DNA of 64,000 nt from Candidatus Thalassarchaeum betae (lineage in GTDB: Archaea > Thermoplasmatota > Poseidoniia > Poseidoniales > Thalassarchaeaceae), in NCBI GenBank assembly GCA_003193925.1, contig PSPG01000004.1, positions 110,863 to 174,862 on the forward strand, written 5' to 3'. Position numbers and translations under genes: made by a program. Numbering within the stretch: the first letter of the stretch is position 1; every line of letters begins with the position of its first letter. Shown here one piece after another: positions 40,119-49,120 of this stretch. The notes under the pieces are model-generated. The model worked only from the letters and a program-made list of their open reading frames with translations. It was not told the origin of the DNA and did no database searches.

Positions 40119-43100
40119 CTTCGGTCCCCCAGCTCCAGCCTCATAGCCACGCCGAGACTCTTCATCTCGTCGAGCAGCAACTTGAATGCGTAGGAAGTCT
40201 GCACGGTGTGGACGTCTGAGCGATCGCCGCAATACGGGCAGACCGTGGTCCTCCTCTTCCAGTCGTAGTAGGCGATGTGCCCGCAGCCTTTTGTGTTGCA
40301 GACCATCAGGTTCCAGCCGTCAGATTCGTCCAGCAGCCTGTCCTTGATGACCATTGACGCACCGTGGGATATCAGGCAGTCACGCTCCATCTCGCCGAAC
40401 CTCAGTCCACCCTGGCGGGCACGGCCCTCAGTCGGTTGGCGTGTCAGGATCTGGACGCGTCCGCGGCTGCGGGCGTGCAGCTTGCTGCTGACCAAGTGGT
40501 GCAGCCTCTGGTAATAGATGACGCCGACGAACACCTCGGCGGAGTAGGCCTCACCGGTCTCTCCGTTGATCATGGGCTCGCGACCGGTGTGGTTGAAGCC
40601 GTTTCGCAGGAGTCCCGACCGCAGAGAGTCCTCCTTCTCTCCTGTGAAGGCGGTTCCGTCGACCTTGCGACCCTCCAGCGAGCCGACCTTGCCGCCGACC
40701 ATCTCGAGTACGTGCGCGACTGTCATCCTCGAGGGAATCGCGTGGGGATTGATCAGGAGGTCGGGTATGATACCATCGGCAGTGAAAGGCATGTCCTCCT
40801 CATCGACGAGTCGCCCAATCACGCCCTTCTGCCCGTGACGGCTGGCGAACTTGTCCCCCAGCTCTGGGATCTTGTTGGTCCTGAGGGTGATTCTCACGAG
40901 TCGTCCCGAGTCGAGGGACTCGGTGACGAACACATTGTCGACCCAGCCTTCCTCGCCGTGTCGAACCAGCATCGACGACTCCCTCCTCTCCTGGGCTTGT
41001 AGGAAGGCACCGTGAGCCTCCTCCAGGAAGCGTGGCGGACTGGTCTTCCCGACCAGAACTACTCTGTCGGACTTGTCAAGGGTGGATAGGTATTCCTCGG
41101 GCACGGGCAGACCGTCCCTCTCGAGGTGGGAATAGCTCTCCCAGGACCTCAGTCCCTTGACCTCGTCGAGACCGGTTCCGGGCACTTCTATGCGCTCCTC
41201 CTGCCCGCCCGGGAAGCGTTTGTTCTCGGCGTTGTACGTGCGCACGAACGTCGAGCGTGCCAGAGCGCGCTCGACGGATGCGCGATTCATGATCACAGCG
41301 TCTTGCATATTGTAGCCGTGCTGGCTCATGATGGCTACGACGAAGTTCTGGCCGCCTGGCCGTTTGTTGAAGTTGGTCGACTCCATCGCACGGGTACCCA
41401 CGATGGCCTGCTGCGGGTAGTGCATGATGTGAGCGCGTGTGTCGGGACGGAGTCGGAAGTTGGCACTGGGCAGGCCCAAGCTCTGCTTGACCATCGCCGT
41501 CCCGCCGGTGACGCGGGGCGTCGAGTTGTGCTCTGGGTATGGGACCAGGGAAGCGCACACTCCCAGAATGAGCTGGGGGTCTATCTCGACGTGAGTGTAG
41601 ACGAGGACGGTGTTATTCTTGTTCTGCTTCCTCCTGAGAGCGTCGATACCCTCCTGATAGTAATTGAGGGGTTGACTGAACTCCTCGTAGACGGAATCGC
41701 CGTTAGGCAACTGGACCTCGACGCCCAGTTTAGCCTCGGATATCTCTTCCTCACCGAGGTTCAACCACTCCACCTTGGTGGGGTTGATCGGCCTGCCGTG
41801 CTTAGGTGAGATCAACGGTAGGTCGTATGGGCGAGGGGCAATCAACAGGTCCTCCTCCTCCTCTGCGTCAACCCACTCTACGACGCCTGTGGAAACCAAG
41901 TCGGAAAAAGTCAAATCGCCTGATCTCAGTCCATACAGATGCGTCTTGGAGAGATTCAGGCTGCCGTGCTCGATAACCAGTAAAGGACGCAGCATCCTGC
42001 CTCTGTCAGTGTTGATGTAGACATCGCGGTTGGCCGAATCATGGCGGATGCTGACCTCCGGTCGGATTCTTCCCGAACGCCTGCGTCGCTTGAACTGGGC
42101 AACCAGCTTGTTGGGCCTCTTGTGCAGGCCGAAGATGTCGCCGTTGACGTGGATTCTAGAGCCGACGGCCCACTGGATGGGGGATGAGTCCACGCCCGCC
42201 TCAATCAGGAGCTCTTTGACATCATCCTCTGGTACCTCCTCGGAGACGTCGATCATCTGGGCCGCGTTCTTCACCAGACCACAGTTCTGACCCTCCGGAG
42301 TCTCGTTGGGACACAGTCTGCCCCAATGGGTCGGGTGTAGATCACGTGCCTCGAAGTGCGGCTGGCTGCGAACCAGCGGGCTTGTGACCCTGCGCATGTG
42401 GGAAAGTGCTGCGATGTAGGTGGTTCGGTCAAGCAACTGGCTCACTCCGGAGCGGCCGCCTACCCAGTTTCCAGTAGCGAGAGCGTGCATAATCTTGGAA
42501 GTTAGGACGTCAGGACGCAGACAGGAGTTGATCTTCAACTCGCGCTTGCGGTTGTGGTGTCGCTCCAACTGGTACTTGAGGTCCCGAGCGAGTTGCTGCA
42601 TACTGACTCGGAACAGGTCCTCCATGAGGTCGCCGGCCAACCGGACTCGCTTGTTGGCGTAGTGGTCCTTGTCGTTCGGGTCTCGGTTGGTGATGGCCAT
42701 CTCGAGTACCTGTCGAACGATTCGGCCGAGGAAGATTGATTTCTTATGACGGTGATCCGGCGAAGAGCCCAAGTGGGGCAGGAGTTCCTTGTCCAGCAGG
42801 TTCTGGATGCGGGACTCGCGGTACTCCTTCTGCTGGCCGGCGGCGAACTTCTTCTCCAGCCATGATACGGCCTCTTCCTCCGTCTCGACTCCGTACTCCT
42901 CGTTGTCCTTGACATCGTTGAGGTTGGCCACAGTGTACTTCATCGCCTGTACCGGCCCTGCGATCGAGGCGAATATCTCCTTGTCGTTCTCCATCCCGAG
43001 AGCGCGCATGAGGAGGACGACCGGGATGGCTGTCGTACCAGCGCTGGGAATCTTGACCATCAGCATGCCGTCGCGTCGCTTCTCGACGTTGAGTGGCTTA

Positions 43101-43828
43101 CGAACGCCGTCCCTCTGTGAGAATATCTTGGCGACCTCGGTCTCATGGGCGTACTTCTTGTTCTTCTCGACGGTGACTCGGTTGGGAGCCAGATCCTCCA
43201 TCGAGATGAGCACGCGCTCGGTGCCGTTGATAATGAAGTAGCCACCGGGGTCCAGCGGGTCTTCACCAGCCTTGCGCAGCAATTGGGTGAGGTACTCCGC
43301 GTCCTCGGCGGAGGTCTCGGGCGAGAGTTTCCTGTTCTCGTCGATGTGGTCAGCGTGCACATTGCATCTGGCAGAGCGGACCATGATGGGTAGGTTCCCG
43401 ATGTGCACGCCCTCCTCGTTGATGTATCCGAGGTCGCCGTCGGGTGTATCCGGTGGTATGTCGTCGCGGTAGATGCGGAAGTCGAGGTACACAGGGGAGA
43501 AGTAAGTCAACTTGCGAATGCGGCACTCTAGCGGGGTGGCCGGGTGCTCGGCTCCGTTGGCCTCACGAATGGTAGGTTGGCCCAGCCTGATGTTCTTCAG
43601 GCGGACTAAGATCTCCTTGTCGAGGACGTCGAGTTTGATGCATCCGCCTTCCCCCTCTCCTCCAGGGAGATCCTCGACGGGCTCGTCGGTGCCTATGCGG
43701 ATGGCGCGTACTATCTTCTCCATCCTGCTGAGGCGACCGTCACCAGCAGGGATGCAGTCATTGTAGGACATCAACTGGTGGTTGACGAGGCTCCGCTGCT
43801 TGAAGTAGCTCGAAACTATCTCCTTCAT
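40115..43828 (-). CDS. rpoB: RNA polymerase subunit B (Rpo2, unsplit)
   Basis: GGYFIING.ERV, ETPEGQNCGL, GDKFASRHGQKG, GLRFGEMERD. Confidence 0.98.
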   Translation of the reverse strand: MKEIVSSYFKQRSLVNHQLMSYNDCIPAGDGRLSRMEKIVRAIRIGTDEPVEDLPGGEGEGGCIKLDVLDKEILVRLKNIRLGQPTIREANGAEHPATPLECRIRKLTYFSPVYLDFRIYRDDIPPDTPDGDLGYINEEGVHIGNLPIMVRSARCNVHADHIDENRKLSPETSAEDAEYLTQLLRKAGEDPLDPGGYFIINGTERVLISMEDLAPNRVTVEKNKKYAHETEVAKIFSQRDGVRKPLNVEKRRDGMLMVKIPSAGTTAIPVVLLMRALGMENDKEIFASIAGPVQAMKYTVANLNDVKDNEEYGVETEEEAVSWLEKKFAAGQQKEYRESRIQNLLDKELLPHLGSSPDHRHKKSIFLGRIVRQVLEMAITNRDPNDKDHYANKRVRLAGDLMEDLFRVSMQQLARDLKYQLERHHNRKRELKINSCLRPDVLTSKIMHALATGNWVGGRSGVSQLLDRTTYIAALSHMRRVTSPLVRSQPHFEARDLHPTHWGRLCPNETPEGQNCGLVKNAAQMIDVSEEVPEDDVKELLIEAGVDSSPIQWAVGSRIHVNGDIFGLHKRPNKLVAQFKRRRRSGRIRPEVSIRHDSANRDVYINTDRGRMLRPLLVIEHGSLNLSKTHLYGLRSGDLTFSDLVSTGVVEWVDAEEEEDLLIAPRPYDLPLISPKHGRPINPTKVEWLNLGEEEISEAKLGVEVQLPNGDSVYEEFSQPLNYYQEGIDALRRKQNKNNTVLVYTHVEIDPQLILGVCASLVPYPEHNSTPRVTGGTAMVKQSLGLPSANFRLRPDTRAHIMHYPQQAIVGTRAMESTNFNKRPGGQNFVVAIMSQHGYNMQDAVIMNRASVERALARSTFVRTYNAENKRFPGGQEERIEVPGTGLDEVKGLRSWESYSHLERDGLPVPEEYLSTLDKSDRVVLVGKTSPPRFLEEAHGAFLQAQERRESSMLVRHGEEGWVDNVFVTESLDSGRLVRITLRTNKIPELGDKFASRHGQKGVIGRLVDEEDMPFTADGIIPDLLINPHAIPSRMTVAHVLEMVGGKVGSLEGRKVDGTAFTGEKEDSLRSGLLRNGFNHTGREPMINGETGEAYSAEVFVGVIYYQRLHHLVSSKLHARSRGRVQILTRQPTEGRARQGGLRFGEMERDCLISHGASMVIKDRLLDESDGWNLMVCNTKGCGHIAYYDWKRRTTVCPYCGDRSDVHTVQTSYAFKLLLDEMKSLGVAMRLELGDRR

Positions 43829-43837
43829 CTTCTCACC

Positions 43838-44425
43838 TCAAGCGGTCTCGACTATCAGCCTGTAAGCGGTACTCGAACCGGCCGAGCGGCTGTGACGGAC
43901 GATACGTACGATTCTGTTTGCAAGCCAGCCTGCTGGAAGTTCGTCATCCTCGATCTCCACCGCCTCCTTGATAGCCTGGACTGCTGGGTCGGTGATCAGA
44001 ATCTTCGGCAGAAGCTCCTTGGCAAGACGCGTACCTCCGTCGGATTGCTCCTCCAGCAGACGCCAGGGGGCCAAGGCCTGCTCCTCCTCCTCGACCGGGA
44101 GCAACTCATGATGCGGGACGAGAATGTGATTCAGGACGTTGAAGCGGTCATCCCCGGTCGGGATGTCCATGTCCAAGAGGGCTTTGCGGGAGATGGTGAT
44201 CCTACCAGAGCGGCTCCTCTTGCGCGAAGCCATCTGCTCCCTGATGACGGCCATCACGTTCTCGAGATCGGCATCGCCAGTCTCGAGTTCAAGCTTCTTG
44301 GCGACCTGGTCGACCGTCATCCGCTTGATGGCGTCCATGTTGGCATCGTCGGCCAATCTGTGGGCGTGCTTCTCGGAGATTCCGAGTTCCATCAGACGCT
44401 TTTTTGTGGAACTCTTCACTGCCAT
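43838..44425 (-). CDS. rpoH: RNA polymerase subunit H (Rpo5) with N-terminal extension
   Basis: NHILVPHHELL, LPKILITDP, IVRIVRHSRSAG...YRLIV; about 195 aa versus the usual ~80. Confidence 0.92.
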   Translation of the reverse strand: MAVKSSTKKRLMELGISEKHAHRLADDANMDAIKRMTVDQVAKKLELETGDADLENVMAVIREQMASRKRSRSGRITISRKALLDMDIPTGDDRFNVLNHILVPHHELLPVEEEEQALAPWRLLEEQSDGGTRLAKELLPKILITDPAVQAIKEAVEIEDDELPAGWLANRIVRIVRHSRSAGSSTAYRLIVETA

Positions 44426-44473
44426 ATTGCGCCCCCTACCCAACCAAAACCGTGGGCCTGAGGCGCTGTCAGG

Positions 44474-44547
44474 CGGGCCTGATGGGATTCGAACCCACGG
44501 CCACCGGGTTAAAAGCCCGGCGCTCTACCTGACTAAGCTACAGGCCC
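44474..44547 (-). tRNA. tRNA-Lys(UUU)
   Basis: Reverse complement GGGCCTG...CCGGG-CTTTTAA-CCCGG...GTTCGAATC...CAGGCCCG; full CCA not encoded. Confidence 0.95.
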
Positions 44548-44720
44548 ATAGCACGTGCTGGGCTGTTGGCGGACCGGGGGTGTGTTGAAAAACGTTTCGG
44601 TTAAGTCAACGCCGCGGCTACGCTGGGCCTCTATCCCCCCAGGGGGCCGGGGAGACAAGCCACTCACCCCGGGTGTTCACGAATAAAGGTTTTCAGAATC
44701 CCGATGGAGTGTGATGACAG

Positions 44721-46103
44721 ATGACGCGAGGAAGGGGTGAGCGTTTGGAAAGGGTCGGCTCCGATTCGGACGTCACCAGGTTCGGGGTCGAGGGTGTTGG
44801 CTCATGGGAGTTGGACGTTCCCAACACTGTCTACCCTCCTCGTGAGGACACCCATCTTCTCGCTGGAGCTCTGCTCGAGCTCTCACGACACGATGGCCTG
44901 GCCACGGAGATCGGCTGTGGGTCTGGTGCCATCTCCATCCTACTAGCCGCACTGGGGTGGAAGGTCGAGTCCTGTGACATCAACCCTTTTGCAGTAGCCG
45001 CGACCAGGGGTAATGCCAGCAAGGCTGGATTGGCCGATGTCGTGAACGTCAGAGAAGGCGGACTGGGGGAGGATGACTGGTCAATTCCAGAAGCCTCTGA
45101 CCTGATAGTCTGGAACCTGCCTTACTTGAGCCCGCCCGGGGAGGGTGAAGCAGTGCTCGAAGCCATCGAGGAGGCATCAATGAGCGACCTCACTGATGGC
45201 GGTTGGTCAGATCGGCTGCTGGAGGAACTGGAGTCTTCCGATGGGTTGAGAGATGACTGCCTGGTGTTGATGCTCCACAGAACCGATCCGCGCAGCCCGA
45301 GCGGCCCTGAAAGATGGAAGTCCAGGGGTTGGTCCTCGAGATGCCTCGCGAGTTTGAGGCTCGCGGACGAGAGGCTCGAAGTTATCTGCTACTGGAGGCC
45401 TGGTTCTGGGAATCCACCTACCGTGCTCGAAGAGTGCGAGTCGACCATGGACGAGGCCGAGGGGATCTCCTCGGAGCCAGGTTGGCAGAGGGTGTTTTCG
45501 TCCTCTCAGAAATCGGGCAGGGGGAGGAGGGGCAGGTCATGGCAATCCGAGAGTGGCGATATGGCGTGCACTTGGCTAATCCCATCCAGCATGGTCGAAG
45601 AATGCTCACCAGGGCTCATCCAGACTGCAATCGGGGCCGTTGTGTCCGATGCCATCCGATGCAATGTGAAGTGGCCCAATGACATCGTGACCGAGGATGG
45701 TACGAAACTCGGGGGCGTTCTGCTGGAAGGAGGCTCCGGGGGCCCCCGAGTCAAGGTCGGAATCGGCCTGAACAGGAAGGGCGGCTCAGTGGACGGCATG
45801 GCCATCGCCGGTTGGGAGGACACCGTCGGGGCTTCGCGGGCCTTGGAGGTCTTCGGGATGGTGGATACCGCTCTGGCCTCGCTCTTCGAGGAGCACGTCC
45901 TCATCCCTCGCGTCAGCCGCGAGGAGTTACTGCGAATCTCGTGGCGTGGGCTGTCGGAGTCGCTGTCCACTGGGACTCCGGTCACAAGGTCGGGCTCGTC
46001 AGTCCGGCCCATCGGCCTCACTGAGGACGGAAACCTGATGCTCCATTCCGAAATCGGGTTGGAGACGGTAGACGGAGTGGGGTCGCTGAGATGGGGGGCC
46101 TAG
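44721..46103 (+). CDS. Fusion of HemK2/PrmC-like methyltransferase and biotin-protein ligase
   Basis: N-half VYPPREDT, EIGCGSG, WNLPY; C-half ESTMD, QKSGRGRRGRSW, VKWPNDI, KLGGVLLE, GIGLN. Confidence 0.85.
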   Translation: MTRGRGERLERVGSDSDVTRFGVEGVGSWELDVPNTVYPPREDTHLLAGALLELSRHDGLATEIGCGSGAISILLAALGWKVESCDINPFAVAATRGNASKAGLADVVNVREGGLGEDDWSIPEASDLIVWNLPYLSPPGEGEAVLEAIEEASMSDLTDGGWSDRLLEELESSDGLRDDCLVLMLHRTDPRSPSGPERWKSRGWSSRCLASLRLADERLEVICYWRPGSGNPPTVLEECESTMDEAEGISSEPGWQRVFSSSQKSGRGRRGRSWQSESGDMACTWLIPSSMVEECSPGLIQTAIGAVVSDAIRCNVKWPNDIVTEDGTKLGGVLLEGGSGGPRVKVGIGLNRKGGSVDGMAIAGWEDTVGASRALEVFGMVDTALASLFEEHVLIPRVSREELLRISWRGLSESLSTGTPVTRSGSSVRPIGLTEDGNLMLHSEIGLETVDGVGSLRWGA

Positions 46104-46418
46104 TCACCTTGGGCGCGAGGGACGTGAGATCCCGAGGCGCTCGCGGACGAGTCTGATTTTCCCCGAAGTTGTGACAGTCTCGCAGAACTCTTGCGAATTG
46201 AGCCTGCTGATGGCCTCCTCGCAATCTGCCAAACCGATTCTGACGATTGCCCTGATTGGGTCGGCGGTCCCGGGAACGTGGTCATACAGCTTCCAGTCGA
46301 GGTTTCCCAGTAACTCGCCCAGGATAGTCTCGCAATCACTGCGTGACGCAGTCCCTGAGACGAGCGAAATCCCCACCCAACGGCGCTTGCCTCTAGCCGC
46401 CTTGTTCAGTCTCGGCAC
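46104..46418 (-). CDS. Rpp14/Pop5-family RNase P protein
   Basis: KRRWVG, AIVR, TSGKIRLVRER. Confidence 0.7.
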   Translation of the reverse strand: MPRLNKAARGKRRWVGISLVSGTASRSDCETILGELLGNLDWKLYDHVPGTADPIRAIVRIGLADCEEAISRLNSQEFCETVTTSGKIRLVRERLGISRPSRPR

Positions 46419-46456
46419 GCCCTCAGGAGGGGGTTTCCCTTAATCGAGTTGGCTTG

Positions 46457-47362
46457 TCACAATCCACTGACCACGGCTACCAGCCTGATTCTGCCCACCA
46501 TCTCGTCACTCGCCCTTGCACCTAGAATCACCTGGCAGTCGGGGTCGAGAGTCGAGACGAAGGCTTCGGTCACGTCATTCAGATGCGCCAGCGTCATGTC
46601 AGGCCCGCCTTCGACTTGAATCATGCAGCCCTTGGCGCCATCCACACTGAGATCCGACAGGGGCGATCTCCTCGCCTTGCTGACCACCTGCTCGGGCTTC
46701 TCCGTAGTCCCAGTCCCGACAATCAGTGTGGCGTTGCCGGGCCTGTTGATGACCGCCCTCAAATCCATCAGGTCGAGGTTAATCTTGCCTACCCTAGCAA
46801 GGGTCGTCACCAAGCCCTCGACGAGTTCCTCTATCCAACCGGAGCCGGCCCTCCAGTCAGTCTCCCTGTAGCGGGCCTGCCAAGCCAGCCTCTCCATGCT
46901 CACCCTGATGCACACGTGGGAGTTATACTCGAGAGCCGGCAGGGCGGCTTCTGCGATCGAGGACCTCAGGGGCTGCTCTGCGAAGGGCAGCCCGGCGATG
47001 CTGAGGACCAGACAGTCAGCCTCCTTTGCCAGAGTGGCGAGCTCGGATGATGCGCCCGAGCCCATTCCGCCGCCCAGCCCGGTCATGATGATGACGAGTT
47101 CGGCCTGCTCTAGAAGCGGGCTGATCGAGTTGAAACCGTCCCTCAGGCGATGAGCAGCCAGTGCGGGCAGAGCGGCGGTGCCCCTGCCGTCACCGCCCGC
47201 GTCGAGATGGAGGCAATGGGCTGCGGGGACTCCGGCGAACGAATCCTCATCGGCGTCGATGAGAAGCAGGTCTGCGAGCTCTCGGCACTTTGAATGGGCC
47301 CTCTCTGCCCAAGTGCAACCGACGCCGCCGACACCTACTATCAGTATGGACCCCTCGTCCAT
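46457..47362 (-). CDS. Divergent FtsZ-like tubulin-family protein
   Basis: GVGGVG, GLGGGMGSG, LPFAE, INLDLMDL, VILGA, VVSGL. Confidence 0.85.
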   Translation of the reverse strand: MDEGSILIVGVGGVGCTWAERAHSKCRELADLLLIDADEDSFAGVPAAHCLHLDAGGDGRGTAALPALAAHRLRDGFNSISPLLEQAELVIIMTGLGGGMGSGASSELATLAKEADCLVLSIAGLPFAEQPLRSSIAEAALPALEYNSHVCIRVSMERLAWQARYRETDWRAGSGWIEELVEGLVTTLARVGKINLDLMDLRAVINRPGNATLIVGTGTTEKPEQVVSKARRSPLSDLSVDGAKGCMIQVEGGPDMTLAHLNDVTEAFVSTLDPDCQVILGARASDEMVGRIRLVAVVSGL

Positions 47363-47400
47363 GGGGCACCTCTCGCAGCGGTGGCCGTTTAGAATGTGCT

Positions 47401-47706
47401 TCAGTCATAAGTGAGATATCGCTGATATCGGCGCCTCTCGTCACGAGCCCAGGCGTTGTCGGGCTCGATCTCCAACACCCGGTCGTAGTACTCGACCGCC
47501 TTCTCGAAATCGGAGAGGTAGCGACCGTACATGTGTCCCAGATTGTTCAGCACCGGAACGCAATCAGCGTCCTCCTCCAGCATTGACATCAGTATCGATT
47601 CTGCCCTGTTTATGTCTATCATCTCCATGCACTGCTCGGCCTGTTCGAGCTGTCCCAGTTGCTCGTCCGAGAGCCGGTATACATTGCGCCATTCAGGACC
47701 TGCCAC
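47401..47706 (-). CDS. TPR-repeat protein
   Basis: VLNNLG.MY...FEKAVEYYDRVLEIEPDN. Confidence 0.85.
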   Translation of the reverse strand: MAGPEWRNVYRLSDEQLGQLEQAEQCMEMIDINRAESILMSMLEEDADCVPVLNNLGHMYGRYLSDFEKAVEYYDRVLEIEPDNAWARDERRRYQRYLTYD

Positions 47707-47748
47707 GATTATGCCTGAGCCCGGTCCCGTTTGAGGTTTCGCAAAATA

Positions 47749-47766
47749 CTAATGATTACTCATTAG
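47749..47766. promoter_or_regulatory. Candidate operator palindrome CTAATGA-TTAC-TCATTAG
   Basis: Perfect 7-4-7 AT-rich inverted repeat in the divergent intergenic region before the Rieske/cyt b operon. Confidence 0.4.
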
Positions 47767-47856
47767 GGGGGTCGTTCCGAGACCCCACGAAGGGGCCAAA
47801 CTGGAACGTTAATATCCCTATTCAAAGTGGGTAGACGCGTCCCTTGAGGTCTTAGT

Positions 47857-48672
47857 GTGAGCAGGTCAAGTGCATACTCGAACAGACTGCTCGTGTTGGG
47901 CGTAATCGTCCTGCTAGCAGCAGGTGGCACGCAGGGTAGGCCCGGCGGCGTAGGAGGTGATGCCAATGGCGATGGAGAAGTTCCTCTGGCAGGGTGCACC
48001 TGCCACAGTGGACAGCCCGACAATTCGGTCACGCTACTCATCGATGGGCTTCCCTACCACTACGAGGCGGGGGTTGTATACACACTGAGGGTCCAACTCA
48101 TCGGAGGCCCCGATATCGATACGGCCTCTCATACCGGTGGGTTCTCGATGCGCGTCAGCGCCGGCACGCTGGGCGCCGGGGATGGCTTTGAGAACATGGT
48201 CCAGAATTGGGAGGACGACTCGGCGACTCTGACTCACACCGATGCTGGCTCGAAGACCGAAGACAGGTCGTGGCTCATCGTCTGGACCGCCCCATCCACG
48301 GACGAGGAGGTGGTGACCTTCTGGCTTGCTGGGAACTCCGTCAACGGTGACTTGGCGAACTCAGGCCTCGACAGGTGGAACAGGCTCGCCGCATCGGTTG
48401 ACGGGGGTGAGGACGACGGTCGGACCAGGACGGTGTTCTCGGGAGACGGGGGCATCGAGCCTCCAGCCCCCGTCAGCCATGGAGTAGACATCCACCTCAT
48501 GGGAGCAGGGCTCTGGGCCCATTGGCTGGGACTGCTTGGTTTCGCTGCAGTAATAATCGTCCTGCTGTTCTGCGGTCTCTTCCTGCGCTACGGCTTCTCT
48601 CGGCACTACGCCGGACGCAGCAACCTGCTGCGCCTCCGCATCAAGCATCTCCGCAGAGGTGATCAACTGTGA
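47857..48672 (+). CDS. Reeler-like (choice-of-anchor V-type) membrane protein with CxCH motif
   Basis: Signal peptide, AGCTCH, TLTHT, WTAP, FWLAGNSVNG, C-terminal TM. Confidence 0.65.
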   Translation: MSRSSAYSNRLLVLGVIVLLAAGGTQGRPGGVGGDANGDGEVPLAGCTCHSGQPDNSVTLLIDGLPYHYEAGVVYTLRVQLIGGPDIDTASHTGGFSMRVSAGTLGAGDGFENMVQNWEDDSATLTHTDAGSKTEDRSWLIVWTAPSTDEEVVTFWLAGNSVNGDLANSGLDRWNRLAASVDGGEDDGRTRTVFSGDGGIEPPAPVSHGVDIHLMGAGLWAHWLGLLGFAAVIIVLLFCGLFLRYGFSRHYAGRSNLLRLRIKHLRRGDQL

Positions 48673-49118
48673 AGGACGACATCGTGATGAGGCTGCTCAA
48701 GCAGGTAAAGTCTGGTGAGGTCAGCCTGGACGACGCTCGCACTGCCCTCGAGGACGTCAGCCTCTCAGAGGACGCATACAACGTGGCCTTGGACCACGGG
48801 GTCTTCAACTACCCCCAGTCGGGTACGATCGTCCGCGCTACTATTTCCCCCTCCGGCGAGTCGATGCTGGTGGTGCTACTCGCCTTGTGGGGGGTCCTGT
48901 GGACCCTCTTCTGGGCTGGCGCACTGTCTTATGGGCTGTTCAAGGGATGGGACCAGCAACTCCTGTCATTCAACATGGGGATGACCCTGCTGACTATCAT
49001 CATCATGGGAATAGTCTACCTCAAGTTCGTCTTGCCCGATGTCGTGATCGTCAAGCACAGGGGCAACAAATACATCACTCTGAACGACCCTGAGGGATGG
49101 AAGGATTACGAGGTGTGA
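48669..49118 (+). CDS. Hypothetical two-TM membrane protein in the Rieske/cyt b operon
   Basis: GTGA overlap with the upstream gene; two TMs. Confidence 0.65.
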   Translation: MKDDIVMRLLKQVKSGEVSLDDARTALEDVSLSEDAYNVALDHGVFNYPQSGTIVRATISPSGESMLVVLLALWGVLWTLFWAGALSYGLFKGWDQQLLSFNMGMTLLTIIIMGIVYLKFVLPDVVIVKHRGNKYITLNDPEGWKDYEV

Positions 49119-49120
49119 AC

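Noticed and set aside
40115-43828. Unsplit RpoB as a novelty
   Set aside because: Normal for Thermoplasmatota and several other archaeal lineages
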